Shown here in pieces: positions 7,212-16,482 of a DNA stretch of 21,101 nt (its first letter is position 1; every line of letters starts with the position of its first letter). The DNA is from Bdellovibrio sp. Its GTDB lineage: Bacteria > Bdellovibrionota > Bdellovibrionia > Bdellovibrionales > Bdellovibrionaceae. The position numbers and the translations under genes were made by a program. The notes under the pieces were generated by a model. The model was not told the origin of the DNA. It saw only the letters and a program-made list of their open reading frames with translations, and searched no databases. The stretch lies in contig JBKCUU010000118.1 in assembly GCA_046318155.1 (NCBI GenBank), forward strand, positions 1 through 21,101, in the 5' to 3' direction.

Positions 7212-10151
7212 GTGAGCAATCCGAAAGTATTCGAGTTCGCTAAAGACATCGGGATGTCCCCTTTGGCTTTGATGGACAAGATCCGCGAATGGCAACTTCC
7301 TGTGAAGTCGCACATGGCTGAGTTGGATTCAGAGACCCTTGAGATGATCAAGGTCAAACTGAAGGAGCCTTCACGTCCTGCGGAGCCCGCGCCCGAAAAG
7401 AAAGCGGTTGCTCGTAAGAAACCCGCGGCTGCCGCTGTTGAAAAAGCAGCCTTAACTTCGAAACCAGCCGTGAAAACGGCCGCTGCGAAAGCGCCCAAAG
7501 GTGCAAGTGCGGCCGACAAAGCGACGGCTGCTGCTGCTGCTGCTGCTGCTGCTACAAAGACAACTGTCGTTCGTCGTAAAAAAGCGGACATTGAAGCTGA
7601 GGCCGCCGCTGTGGCTGCTGCCGAAGCGGCCGCCGCTGAAGAAGCGGCCCAGGCCGCGGCCGCCGCTGCGGCCGAAAATCCCGAGATTGTACCAGCAGCC
7701 ATTGCTGCGACGGCTCCAGCTGTCTCAGCGCCCGTTCGAGCCGAGCCTGTTGCTCGCGCCGCGGAGTCTCTGGCTCCAACCTCGGCCACTCCTGAGGTTA
7801 CTCCTTTCACGGCTCCGGCAACGGCTGCTGTGACCCCCGCAGCGGCGGCTCACCCCGCTGAAGAAAGCCCCGAGCGTAAAGTCGTCGCTCGGAAAAAAGA
7901 GGTCGCCATCGGAAACTCAGGTGTTTCGTCCGAAGTCAGTGCGCAAGCCATTGGCAAGCGTAATATCATTGGACGCATGGATCTGTCCCGCGTTCAGGCC
8001 CCGGCCGGTCCAGGGCAACGCGGTCCTAGTGGCTTTCGCCCCCAAGGCGGCGCGACCTCACAGAGTAGTGCTCCCGGTATGGCCAACCGACCGAAAGGCA
8101 ATTTGCGTGCGGGCTTTGTTCAAGCTGCACCCATGCCCGAAATTGGCAGCCTGCGTGAAACCCAAGAAGAAGCCCGGAAGCGCGACGAGAAACGCCGCTT
8201 AGGTGCTCGCACAGCGCCAGATGCGACAGTCACGAAAGATGCTGAAGCCGCCCCTCCAGCGTTTGACGCTGCTGAGTTTCGTAAACGTGAAATGGTGTTT
8301 CAGCCCAAAAAGAAAAAGGGCATGCTCAGCCGTCCTTCAATGAAAACCGAAAAAACAACGGCCGCCGCGCACAAGCGTGTTCTCAAGGTGAATGGCACGA
8401 TGAAAGTGTCGGACGTCGCTGCGAATATGGGTCTGAAAGTCGCCGAAATCACAAAAGTTCTGATGAAGAACGGTGTGATGGCAACTCCCAATACAGCTCT
8501 TGATTTCGATACTTTGGCATTGATCGTGACTGACTTCGGCTGGGAAGCGCAAAATGTTTTGGTGACGGCAGAAAACATGATCAAAGACACCGCGTTCGGT
8601 GATTTGACGGCAGAGCTCATCACCCGCTCGCCCGTTGTCACAATCATGGGTCACGTCGATCACGGAAAGACTTCACTCCTCGATGCCATCCGGTCTGCCA
8701 AAGTGGCTGAAGGCGAAGCTGGCGGGATCACGCAGCACATTGGTGCGTACCAAGTTTCTCTTGATGACGGCTATAAAATTACTTTCTTAGATACTCCTGG
8801 ACACGAAGCCTTCACGGCGATGCGTGCGCGCGGAGCAAACGTGACAGATATCGCGATCATCGTTGTCGCAGCTGATGATGGCGTCATGCCACAAACGGCA
8901 GAGGCGATCAGTCACGCCAAAGCGGCGGGCGTCCCGATGATCATTGCGGTCAACAAAATGGATAAACCTGGTGCAAATCCTGACCGCGTCAAACAGCAAT
9001 TGACCGAGTATGAGGTGGTTCCAGAGGAGTGGGGTGGTCATGCCATTTTTGCTCCCGTGTCGGCCATGAAAAAAACCGGGATCAATGAGCTTCTCGAGCA
9101 AATCAAATTAATTGCCGAAGTTGCCGAGCTGAAGGCCAATCCTTTGCGCTCAGGAACCGGAACAGTCATCGAAGCCCGTCTTGAAAAAGGCCGCGGACCC
9201 GTTGCCACAATCTTGGTCAAAGACGGAACCGTTCGTATCGGTCAGCACATCGTAGCAGGTTCAGTCGTTGGACGGGTTCGCTCGCTAACAAATGACCGCG
9301 GTGAACGCGTGACCGAGGCGGGTCCTGGTATGCCTGTTGAAGTTTTGGGTCTTGATGACGTGCCGGTTGCGGGCGATATGTTTGATATCGTTGTCGATGA
9401 GCGCACAGCTGATGAAGCGGCGCAAATTCGTAAAGATTTGGCGCTGGCTGCTCGAACCAAAACGGGCAAGATTTCTCTTGAGGAAATTTTTGCTAAAGTA
9501 AAAACGGGCGATGTGAAAGAACTCACGGTTGTTATGAAGGCCGATGTGCACGGCTCGCTCGAGGCTTTGCAAGGCATGTTCTCAAAACTCAGCACGCCTG
9601 AAGTTAAGGTTCGCATCATCCACTCGGGCGTTGGCGGGATCACTGAGAGCGACGTGCTCTTGGCCTCGACTGCAAAAGGTTTGATTATCGGGTTCAACGT
9701 TCGGCCTGACGGCAATGCTTCAAGCGCGGCAAAACGCTTAGGCATAGAAGTTCGCACGTATTCGGTCGTTTACGAGCTTATTGATGACATGAAAAAAGCG
9801 ATGGGTGGATTGCTCGCGCCGACAGTTGTCGAAAAAGTCATGGGCCGTGCCGAAGTCCGAAACGTCTTCACCGTTCCCAAAATCGGAACGATTGCGGGCT
9901 GCTTCATCGTCGACGGCAAAATCAGCCGCTCGAACATGGCTCGTCTCGTTCGCGAAGGAAAAATTGTATACGAAGGCAAGATCGGATCTCTCAAGCGTTT
10001 CAAAGACGATGCGCGTGAAGTCGCCAGTGGCTTTGAGTGCGGTATCGGCATCGAGAACTTCAACGATGTTAAAGTGGGCGATGTGATCGAAGCTTTTGTG
10101 AAAGAAGAGATCGCAAGAACTCTGGAGTCCGGTCCATCGGCTGAGGCTTGA
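7212..10151 (+). CDS. infB: Translation initiation factor IF-2 (979 aa, long Ala/Pro-rich N-terminal linker)
   Basis: GTG start with SD AAGGAG at 7201-7206. G-domain motifs '[12 protein letters not shown]', '[10 protein letters not shown]', 'DTPGH', 'NKMD'; C-terminal '[20 protein letters not shown]'. Confidence 0.99.
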   Translation: MSNPKVFEFAKDIGMSPLALMDKIREWQLPVKSHMAELDSETLEMIKVKLKEPSRPAEPAPEKKAVARKKPAAAAVEKAALTSKPAVKTAAAKAPKGASAADKATAAAAAAAAATKTTVVRRKKADIEAEAAAVAAAEAAAAEEAAQAAAAAAAENPEIVPAAIAATAPAVSAPVRAEPVARAAESLAPTSATPEVTPFTAPATAAVTPAAAAHPAEESPERKVVARKKEVAIGNSGVSSEVSAQAIGKRNIIGRMDLSRVQAPAGPGQRGPSGFRPQGGATSQSSAPGMANRPKGNLRAGFVQAAPMPEIGSLRETQEEARKRDEKRRLGARTAPDATVTKDAEAAPPAFDAAEFRKREMVFQPKKKKGMLSRPSMKTEKTTAAAHKRVLKVNGTMKVSDVAANMGLKVAEITKVLMKNGVMATPNTALDFDTLALIVTDFGWEAQNVLVTAENMIKDTAFGDLTAELITRSPVVTIMGHVDHGKTSLLDAIRSAKVAEGEAGGITQHIGAYQVSLDDGYKITFLDTPGHEAFTAMRARGANVTDIAIIVVAADDGVMPQTAEAISHAKAAGVPMIIAVNKMDKPGANPDRVKQQLTEYEVVPEEWGGHAIFAPVSAMKKTGINELLEQIKLIAEVAELKANPLRSGTGTVIEARLEKGRGPVATILVKDGTVRIGQHIVAGSVVGRVRSLTNDRGERVTEAGPGMPVEVLGLDDVPVAGDMFDIVVDERTADEAAQIRKDLALAARTKTGKISLEEIFAKVKTGDVKELTVVMKADVHGSLEALQGMFSKLSTPEVKVRIIHSGVGGITESDVLLASTAKGLIIGFNVRPDGNASSAAKRLGIEVRTYSVVYELIDDMKKAMGGLLAPTVVEKVMGRAEVRNVFTVPKIGTIAGCFIVDGKISRSNMARLVREGKIVYEGKIGSLKRFKDDAREVASGFECGIGIENFNDVKVGDVIEAFVKEEIARTLESGPSAEA
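7527..7553 (+). repeat. Perfect (GCT)9 trinucleotide tract encoding Ala9 in the IF-2 linker
   Basis: Nine consecutive in-frame GCT codons. Confidence 0.95.
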
Positions 10152-10156
10152 GCTTT

Positions 10157-10612
10157 ATGAAAAACTCGGGTGACCAAAAAAAAACAGGCGGACGCAAGTC
10201 CGCCGTGGCCTCGTCGCAAGACGGGCGCCGGGTTGAGCGCGTTCAAAAAGAAGTGACCCAGATTGTTTCAAGATTTTTGATGGGAACTTTTAAGGGTGAT
10301 CTTCCGGGAATCGTTACCGTCACCAATGTGATGATGCCACCGGATCTTCGCAGCGCCCGCGTTCAAGTTTCTGTTTTAGGCGGAACCGCTGAACAGAATC
10401 TTGAGGCCGCCGAAGTTTTGCAAGAGCGCGCCAGGGAGATGCAGCGTTTTCTAGCGAGCGAACTGCCGATGCGCTTCACGCCGAAGTTGCAGTTCTACCC
10501 CGACAAGACTTTAGATAAAGTCTTGAAAATCGACAAAATTCTCCACGAAATAAAAAAAGAAAATCGCCCCAGTAGCGACCGCCCGCTGTCGGAATCTGAG
10601 GACGAGGAGTGA
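10157..10612 (+). CDS. rbfA: Ribosome-binding factor A
   Basis: 'RRVERVQKEV', 'VTVTNVMMPPDLRSARVQVS', 'MRFTPKLQFYPD'; lies between infB and truB. ATG 10157 preferred over TTG 10148 (GAGG at 10143-10146). Confidence 0.95.
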   Translation: MKNSGDQKKTGGRKSAVASSQDGRRVERVQKEVTQIVSRFLMGTFKGDLPGIVTVTNVMMPPDLRSARVQVSVLGGTAEQNLEAAEVLQERAREMQRFLASELPMRFTPKLQFYPDKTLDKVLKIDKILHEIKKENRPSSDRPLSESEDEE

Positions 10613-11514
10613 TCGCCGACGGCATCCTTCTTATCGACAAAGCGGCGGGGATGACGAGCCACGATGTGGTGGCACGTGTTCGCCGCATCTTGGGGCTTAA
10701 ATCCGTCGGCCACTGCGGGACACTGGATCCGATGGCCACGGGCCTGATGATTCTTTTGATTGGCGAAGCCACCAAGGTCAGTCCTTACCTACTTGAGCGC
10801 GATAAAGCCTATGTTCTGAAAGCCCAATTGGGCGTCACAACCGACACTTTGGACACGACCGGGCAAGTGCTTACCACCAAGCCCGTGACAACGGCTGTGG
10901 CGGACGTGAAAGACCTTGCGCTTTCTCTGCAGGGCGAGTTTGAGCTCAACGTACCTAAGTATTCGGCCGTCAAAGTCCAGGGCGAAAAAATGTACGAAAA
11001 AGCCCGCCGGAACGAAGATTTCGAAACTCCCAAAAAGATCATGAAGTTTTATGACGTCGAGGTTTTGGATCAAGGGCCCGATTGGCTCAAAGCTTCGCTC
11101 AAGTGTTCCAAAGGCTCGTATATTCGATCCTGGATCGAAATGTTGGGCGGTAAAACGGGTTCGGGGGCCGCGATGAGCGAGCTCCGCCGGACGATTTCGG
11201 AGCCCTTTTTTCTTGAAAATGCGATGACACTGGAAGAACTCGCACAGGCGATCGAAAAAGGCGAGACGCCCCGGGCGCTCACGCCCTTAGCTCAGACCCT
11301 TCCCCACTGGAAATCAGCCCGCGTCGACGGCCAAAGCTTGGCAATGATGCGCAACGGGCAGATCTCAAAGGACCTCAAATCCATTCTCATCACCCTCTAC
11401 CAACCCGATGTTGATCAGGGCGTAAAAATCCTGTCTAAGGACGGTGAGCTTTTGGCTTTGATTGGGCTCGAAGAGGGCAAAGGTTTTGTGGTCCGACGCG
11501 TCTTTCGTTCTTGA
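10609..11514 (+). CDS. truB: tRNA pseudouridine(55) synthase TruB
   Basis: 'DKAAGMTSHDVV', catalytic 'GHCGTLDPMATG', 'PKYSAVKVQG', 'CSKGSYIRS'; GTGA overlap with the rbfA stop. Confidence 0.97.
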   Translation: MIADGILLIDKAAGMTSHDVVARVRRILGLKSVGHCGTLDPMATGLMILLIGEATKVSPYLLERDKAYVLKAQLGVTTDTLDTTGQVLTTKPVTTAVADVKDLALSLQGEFELNVPKYSAVKVQGEKMYEKARRNEDFETPKKIMKFYDVEVLDQGPDWLKASLKCSKGSYIRSWIEMLGGKTGSGAAMSELRRTISEPFFLENAMTLEELAQAIEKGETPRALTPLAQTLPHWKSARVDGQSLAMMRNGQISKDLKSILITLYQPDVDQGVKILSKDGELLALIGLEEGKGFVVRRVFRS

Positions 11515-11661
11515 TTGCCTCGGTCCTCCCAGGTACAAACTCCTCACGGTTTTAGCTCGAAATTCGACAGCCATGACGAATAGGTCGGGCACCGTGCTTG
11601 TGATCCTAATGATCGCAATCTCTTTACATTGAGTACCTATCGGTACCCCTCGGAGGCTTTA
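11511..11661 (+). promoter_or_regulatory. Candidate rpsO promoter and structured 5' leader
   Basis: TTGATT(11511-11516)-17-TACAAA(11534-11539), then three hairpins (11545-11596, 11598-11618, 11633-11646) before SD GGAGG (11652-11656). Confidence 0.55.
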
Positions 11662-11931
11662 ATGGCAGTCACAAAAGAACAACGCGAAGGCATCTTGAAA
11701 AAATTCCGTCGCGGCGATTTGGATACGGGTTCATCTGAAGTTCAAGTTGCGCTCTTGACCGCTCGTATTAACGAGATGTCACTTCACTTCAAAACTCACA
11801 AAAAAGACAATCACGGTGTTCGTGGCCTTATGACTTGTGTGAGCCGTCGACGTAAACTGTTGGATTACCTGAAACGCACAGACTCTAAAAAATACGAGAC
11901 TTTGATCAAAGAACTCGATCTACGTAAGTAA
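11662..11931 (+). CDS. rpsO: 30S ribosomal protein S15 (89 aa)
   Basis: 'DTGSSEVQVALLTARI', 'HKKDNHG.RGL', 'RRRKLLDYL'. ATG 11662 with GGAGG SD gives the canonical 89 aa. Confidence 0.98.
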   Translation: MAVTKEQREGILKKFRRGDLDTGSSEVQVALLTARINEMSLHFKTHKKDNHGVRGLMTCVSRRRKLLDYLKRTDSKKYETLIKELDLRK

Positions 11932-12047
11932 TCGCCTCTCGATTTGTCTCGGTCTATGGCAAGCGGCCGCAAGGCCGCTCTGTCGAATCTCACGAGGGTT
12001 CTGGGTGCCAGAACTCTCAGCCTAAAGAAAACTTTCAAGGAGTATGA

Positions 12048-14153
12048 ATGAAAACGACTGTAACGACATCTGTTGGCGGCAAGCAAATCACCATTGAAAC
12101 AGGTCGTATGGCTAAGCAGGCCGATGGAGCCGTCGTCGTCAGCTGCGGGAACAACATGGTTCTGGTGACCGCTGTATCCTCTAAAAACGAGTCACCCTTG
12201 AGCTTTTTCCCGCTCACGGTTGAGTACATCGAAAAATTCTACGCAACCGGAAAAATCCCCGGCGGCTATTTCAAACGCGAAGGCAAGCCAACCACGCACG
12301 CCACTTTGACGGCGCGTTTGATTGATCGTCCTATTCGCCCCTCTTTCCCCGAAGGCTACCAACACGAAACACAAGTCGTGGCCACAGTTTTGTCGGCGGA
12401 TGGTTCTTTTCCGATCGATATCTTGGCCTCGCTCGGCGCTTCGGCGGCTTTGCACATCAGTGACATTCCTTTCAATGGCCCCACAGCGGCGATCCAAGTG
12501 GGACGCGTTGATGGTCAGTTCGTCGCGAACCCCACGCCTCAGCAACTGGAGCGTTCAGACATGGACATCCTGGTGGCGGGAACAAAAAATGGTTTGTTGA
12601 TGGTTGAAGGCGAAACTCAGTTTATCACGGAAGCGGATGCTTTGGCCGCGCTTAAATTTGGTCACCAATCTTTGATTCCTTTTTTGAACGCTCAAGAAGA
12701 ACTCCGCGAAAAAGCGGGTTCAAAAGCCAAACGCACGTTCAAAGTAAAAACTATCGACTCCGATTTCCGCGGCGAAGTCGAAGCTTTTTTGACTTCGAAA
12801 GTAACCTCTGCTTTGCGCATTAAAGAAAAAATGGAACGTTACGCCGCCGTTGATGCGGCAAAAAAAGAAGCCGAAGAGAAATTCGTTGCGACGTTGACTG
12901 ATGACAAAATGAAGGGTCAGCGCTCAAAAGAACTCGGCGTGATTGTTGAAGACATTAAATACAAAGCGGCTCGTAGCCAAATTTTGGATGAAAAAACTCG
13001 TATCGATGGTCGTAACCTGACAACGGTTCGCCCCATTTCGAACGAAGTCGGCATCTTGCCCCGCGCTCACGGTTCAGGTCTATTTACTCGCGGTGAAACG
13101 CAAGTTTTGGGAACTGTGACTTTGGGAACCGGTGATGACGAGCAAATGATCGACAACTTGATGGGCTTTGAAAAGCGCCGCTTGATGCTTCATTACAACT
13201 TTCCCCCGTTCTCGGTGGGTGAAGTCGGTCGTTTTGGTGGTCAAGGCCGCCGCGAAATAGGACACGGAAACTTGGCAGAGCGATCAATCAAGGCCATGAT
13301 TCCCGATCACGAGAAGTTTCCTTACACCATTCGTATCGTTGCGGACGTTCTTGAATCAAACGGTTCATCTTCAATGGGCACTGTGTGCTCGGCGACGCTC
13401 GCTCTGCTTGATGCCGGTGTTCCCGTGAAAACAAACATCTCGGGTATCGCGATGGGCTTGGTTAAAGAAGGCGATCGTTTTGCCGTCTTGACTGACATCT
13501 TGGGTGATGAAGATCACTTGGGAGACATGGACTTCAAAGTAGCGGGGAATGCGACAGGCATCACAGCACTTCAAATGGATATCAAAATCGACAGCGTGAG
13601 TTTCCAAGTCATGGAAACAGCATTAAACCAGGCCCGCGACGGCCGTGTTCACATCTTGAACGAGATGGAGAAGGTCATCAAAACGCCTCGTGGACAAATC
13701 AGCGAGTACGCACCTCGTATTGAGACCATCAAAATCAATCCTGATAAAATTCGTGACGTCATCGGTTCCGGCGGAAAGACCATCCGCATGTTGACAGAAA
13801 CTTGCGGTGTCAAAATCGAGATCGAAGATGATGGAAAAATCCACATCGCATCGGCAGATCCTCTCGCAACTAAAAAAGCGATCCAAATGATCAACGACAT
13901 TTGTGCTGAAGCAGAAGTTGGCAAAGTGTACAAAGGACGCGTTGTAAAAATCGCGGACTTCGGCGCTTTTGTTGAAATCTTGCCTGGGACACAAGGCTTG
14001 CTCCACATCTCTGAGATCGCTCACGAGCGTCTCCGAGCGGTGACCGATGCCCTTCACGAAGGTGATGACATCGACGTGAAAGTTTTGGACGTTGACCGCG
14101 CGGGGCGCATCAAATTGTCTCGCAAAGTTTTGCTGCCTAAAGAAGTTCAGTAA
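12048..14153 (+). CDS. pnp: Polyribonucleotide nucleotidyltransferase (PNPase)
   Basis: 'FFPLTVEY', 'RLIDRPIRP', 'RREIGHG', 'ESNGSSSM', 'DHLGDMDFKVAG', KH and S1 domains; SD AAGGAG at 12037-12042. Confidence 0.99.
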   Translation: MKTTVTTSVGGKQITIETGRMAKQADGAVVVSCGNNMVLVTAVSSKNESPLSFFPLTVEYIEKFYATGKIPGGYFKREGKPTTHATLTARLIDRPIRPSFPEGYQHETQVVATVLSADGSFPIDILASLGASAALHISDIPFNGPTAAIQVGRVDGQFVANPTPQQLERSDMDILVAGTKNGLLMVEGETQFITEADALAALKFGHQSLIPFLNAQEELREKAGSKAKRTFKVKTIDSDFRGEVEAFLTSKVTSALRIKEKMERYAAVDAAKKEAEEKFVATLTDDKMKGQRSKELGVIVEDIKYKAARSQILDEKTRIDGRNLTTVRPISNEVGILPRAHGSGLFTRGETQVLGTVTLGTGDDEQMIDNLMGFEKRRLMLHYNFPPFSVGEVGRFGGQGRREIGHGNLAERSIKAMIPDHEKFPYTIRIVADVLESNGSSSMGTVCSATLALLDAGVPVKTNISGIAMGLVKEGDRFAVLTDILGDEDHLGDMDFKVAGNATGITALQMDIKIDSVSFQVMETALNQARDGRVHILNEMEKVIKTPRGQISEYAPRIETIKINPDKIRDVIGSGGKTIRMLTETCGVKIEIEDDGKIHIASADPLATKKAIQMINDICAEAEVGKVYKGRVVKIADFGAFVEILPGTQGLLHISEIAHERLRAVTDALHEGDDIDVKVLDVDRAGRIKLSRKVLLPKEVQ

Positions 14154-14158
14154 GACCC

Positions 14159-15421
14159 ATGCGTTTTAAAAAAACGACTCTGGCAAACGGGATTCGAGTG
14201 GTGAGCGAAATGCAGCCCGAATCCCGCGCTGCGGCCTTAGGCGTCTGGGTGCTTTCGGGCACCCGGGATGAGGCGTCCAATGAAGCTGGGATCTCGCACT
14301 TTCTCGAGCATATGGTCTTTAAAGGGACCAAAAACCGGACTGCCTTTCAGATCGCCAAGAGTCTCGAAGAGCTTGGCGGCGAGCTCAACGCCTACACCAC
14401 CCGTGAATACACCTGCTATCACGCTTTCGTTCTTAAAGATCATTGGCGCGTGGCTTTGGACGTCTTGAGCGATCTCGTCAATAACATGCAGCTCAAGAAA
14501 TCGGATTTTGAAGTCGAGCGATCGGTGATCTTGCAAGAGATCGCCATGGGTGACGATAGCCAAGAAGACATGATCTACGACCATTACTTCGATAAGGCTT
14601 TTGGCAAACACCCACTTGGCCGTCCTATCTTGGGCAATCAAAACTCGATTGCCAAGATGAACATGAAGCAAGTGCGAGATCGCTATGAACAGCACTACTC
14701 GGGCCCCAATTTAATTATTTCGGCTGCGGGTGACCTTGAACACCAAGATCTGGTGAGTGCCGTAGAAAAAGCCCTCAAGAGAAAAAAGAAAACCCGCTTT
14801 AAAGTTCAGCGGAGCAAGCCTCGGCATGCGGCCATCCGCGAGGTGGTCGAGCGACCTGGCGAGCAGCTGCATCTTCTGATGGGTTTGCCTGTGACTTCAT
14901 TCAAAGACAAATACCGCTTCGAAGCTTTTATCGTGAACGCGCTTTTGGGCGGCGGGATGACTTCAAAGTTGTATCAAAAAGTGCGTGAGAAAAAGGGCTT
15001 GGTCTACACGATCTACTCGTCGCTCAACACGTTTGTCGATTATGGATTGATCAACATTTATGCCGCCTGCGAACCAAAAAACATGGTTCCCGTGATCAAG
15101 AATATTCAGACCGAAGTTCGAGCCCTTAAAGAACGCGGCGTCAGGGCTTCGGACATCGAACTGTTTAAGACTCAAGTCAAAGGAAGCCTTTTACTGGGCT
15201 CCGATGACGTCGAGAACCGCATGAGCTCAATCGGCGTCAACGAGATGGTATTTCAAGAGTACCGTCCTGTTGAACGCGTGATCGAAGAGATCGAAGCGGT
15301 GACGCCGAAAACGATTAAAGAATTTATGCGCGAGTACTACGACATGGAAAAATGGGGACTCGTGCTTTTGGGCGCCGAGGCTGAGTCTCATCGTGAGATG
15401 ATCGAGAATCTCACGTTTTAA
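14159..15421 (+). CDS. M16 family (pitrilysin/MPP-like) zinc peptidase
   Basis: Inverted zinc motif HFLEH, 'GGELNAYTTRE', 'HPLGRPILG', 'GGGMTSKLYQKVREKKGLVY'. Confidence 0.95.
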   Translation: MRFKKTTLANGIRVVSEMQPESRAAALGVWVLSGTRDEASNEAGISHFLEHMVFKGTKNRTAFQIAKSLEELGGELNAYTTREYTCYHAFVLKDHWRVALDVLSDLVNNMQLKKSDFEVERSVILQEIAMGDDSQEDMIYDHYFDKAFGKHPLGRPILGNQNSIAKMNMKQVRDRYEQHYSGPNLIISAAGDLEHQDLVSAVEKALKRKKKTRFKVQRSKPRHAAIREVVERPGEQLHLLMGLPVTSFKDKYRFEAFIVNALLGGGMTSKLYQKVREKKGLVYTIYSSLNTFVDYGLINIYAACEPKNMVPVIKNIQTEVRALKERGVRASDIELFKTQVKGSLLLGSDDVENRMSSIGVNEMVFQEYRPVERVIEEIEAVTPKTIKEFMREYYDMEKWGLVLLGAEAESHREMIENLTF

Positions 15422-15465
15422 TCCGGTTTCAAGAGCCGGGCCGCCCAATTTTGAAAGGGGAGCGT

Positions 15466-15912
15466 ATGGAAAAATTAACTTTAAGAATTCAAAAGCTTCC
15501 GCACTTTAAAGGCGAATTGCCTGCTTACCAATCGGCCGGCGCCAGTGGTTTTGATGTCCGTGCTCAAGTTGGCATGACGGTGACTTTAAATCCCGGTGAG
15601 CGTGCTTTGATCCCCACGGGATTGGCGTTTGAGACACCGCTGGGTTACGAGATTCAAGCCCGTCCTCGCAGTGGCCTTGCCGTTAAAAATGGAGTTTCCC
15701 TGGTCAATACTCCTGGGACGATCGATGCCGATTACCGCGGCGAAGTGAAAATTATCGTGATCAACTTAGGCCAAGAGCCGTTTGTGATTAAAGACCAGGA
15801 TCGTATTGCTCAGTTGGTCCTATGCCCGATCTTTCAAGCCAATTTTGAATTGGTTGAATCCCTTTCGAGCACCGTTCGCGGTGCCGGTGGTTTTGGTTCC
15901 ACCGGCGTTTAA
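15466..15912 (+). CDS. dut: dUTP diphosphatase (trimeric dUTPase)
   Basis: All five motifs: 'SGFDV', 'RPRSGLA', 'GTIDADYRGE', 'DRIAQL', 'RGAGGFGSTG'. ATG 15466 follows AAGGGGAG. Confidence 0.97.
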   Translation: MEKLTLRIQKLPHFKGELPAYQSAGASGFDVRAQVGMTVTLNPGERALIPTGLAFETPLGYEIQARPRSGLAVKNGVSLVNTPGTIDADYRGEVKIIVINLGQEPFVIKDQDRIAQLVLCPIFQANFELVESLSSTVRGAGGFGSTGV

Positions 15913-15915
15913 TTT

Positions 15916-16101
15916 TTAAAACTTAAGTTTTTTTCTGCAGTCACGAATTTGGATTTTTTCAATAAAATCGGGTTCTCGATCATCTTCATACGAAAAAACC
16001 TCGTGAGATGCGCATGTGAGGTGCAGACTTTGTGTTTTGGGCTCGTACTGCAGCGATGCCCAGTAAAAGTAAAATGGAAAGGTCAGCGGGGCGGCGTTCA
16101 C
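15916..16101 (-). CDS. Small hypothetical protein (61 aa), doubtful
   Basis: GTG at 16101 overlaps the TGA of the 97-aa ORF (GTGA); its stop lies 3 nt from the convergent dut stop. No recognisable motif. Confidence 0.35.
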   Translation of the reverse strand: MNAAPLTFPFYFYWASLQYEPKTQSLHLTCASHEVFSYEDDREPDFIEKIQIRDCRKKLKF

Positions 16102-16391
16102 GCTCCATGCACGCTCCCTGCACTGTAGCCGGGGCGAGGCCAAGTTCTGACGTCATCGCTGATCATAAACGTGCTAGACATCGTTTCGATTTTTTTGGAC
16201 TCGCCGCAGGCGTGAGTCTTCCTAAAGTACGGACCTACACCGACTTCGGTGATCCTTGTTTTTCGGTCTTGAGACAAAACTTGATAAACAATATTCGTCG
16301 GATAGGGCGCCGAGATTTGGTCGTCCGTTCGTGAGGTCATGCGACCATTTAAATTCTGGAAAGTAGTCTCGCTGTTCATGCGAAAGGGCAT
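16098..16391 (-). CDS. Small hypothetical protein (97 aa), doubtful
   Basis: ORF fills the gap between dut and the Yip1-like gene; TATTCT -10-like box 9 nt upstream of the ATG. No recognisable motif. Confidence 0.4.
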   Translation of the reverse strand: MPFRMNSETTFQNLNGRMTSRTDDQISAPYPTNIVYQVLSQDRKTRITEVGVGPYFRKTHACGESKKIETMSSTFMISDDVRTWPRPGYSAGSVHGA

Positions 16392-16482
16392 GAGTAATTT
16401 AGAATACTAGACATACTTTGGCGGGCTCATCCTTATGGGATGGTAGAAATCTGTCAATCGAGCAGCGTATTGACGGTGAGGG

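Noticed and set aside
7172..10246. Several long antisense and alternate-frame ORFs over infB (and likewise over nusA, pnp and the M16 gene)
   Set aside because: Shadows of strongly conserved genes with biased codon usage; no independent coding signal.
15913..16480. Housekeeping ncRNA (tmRNA, RNase P RNA, SRP, 6S) in the orphan gap
   Set aside because: No tRNA-like ends, no GAGGAAAGUCC motif and no SRP loop motif seen. 6S cannot be fully excluded by eye, but no long self-complementary rod was found.
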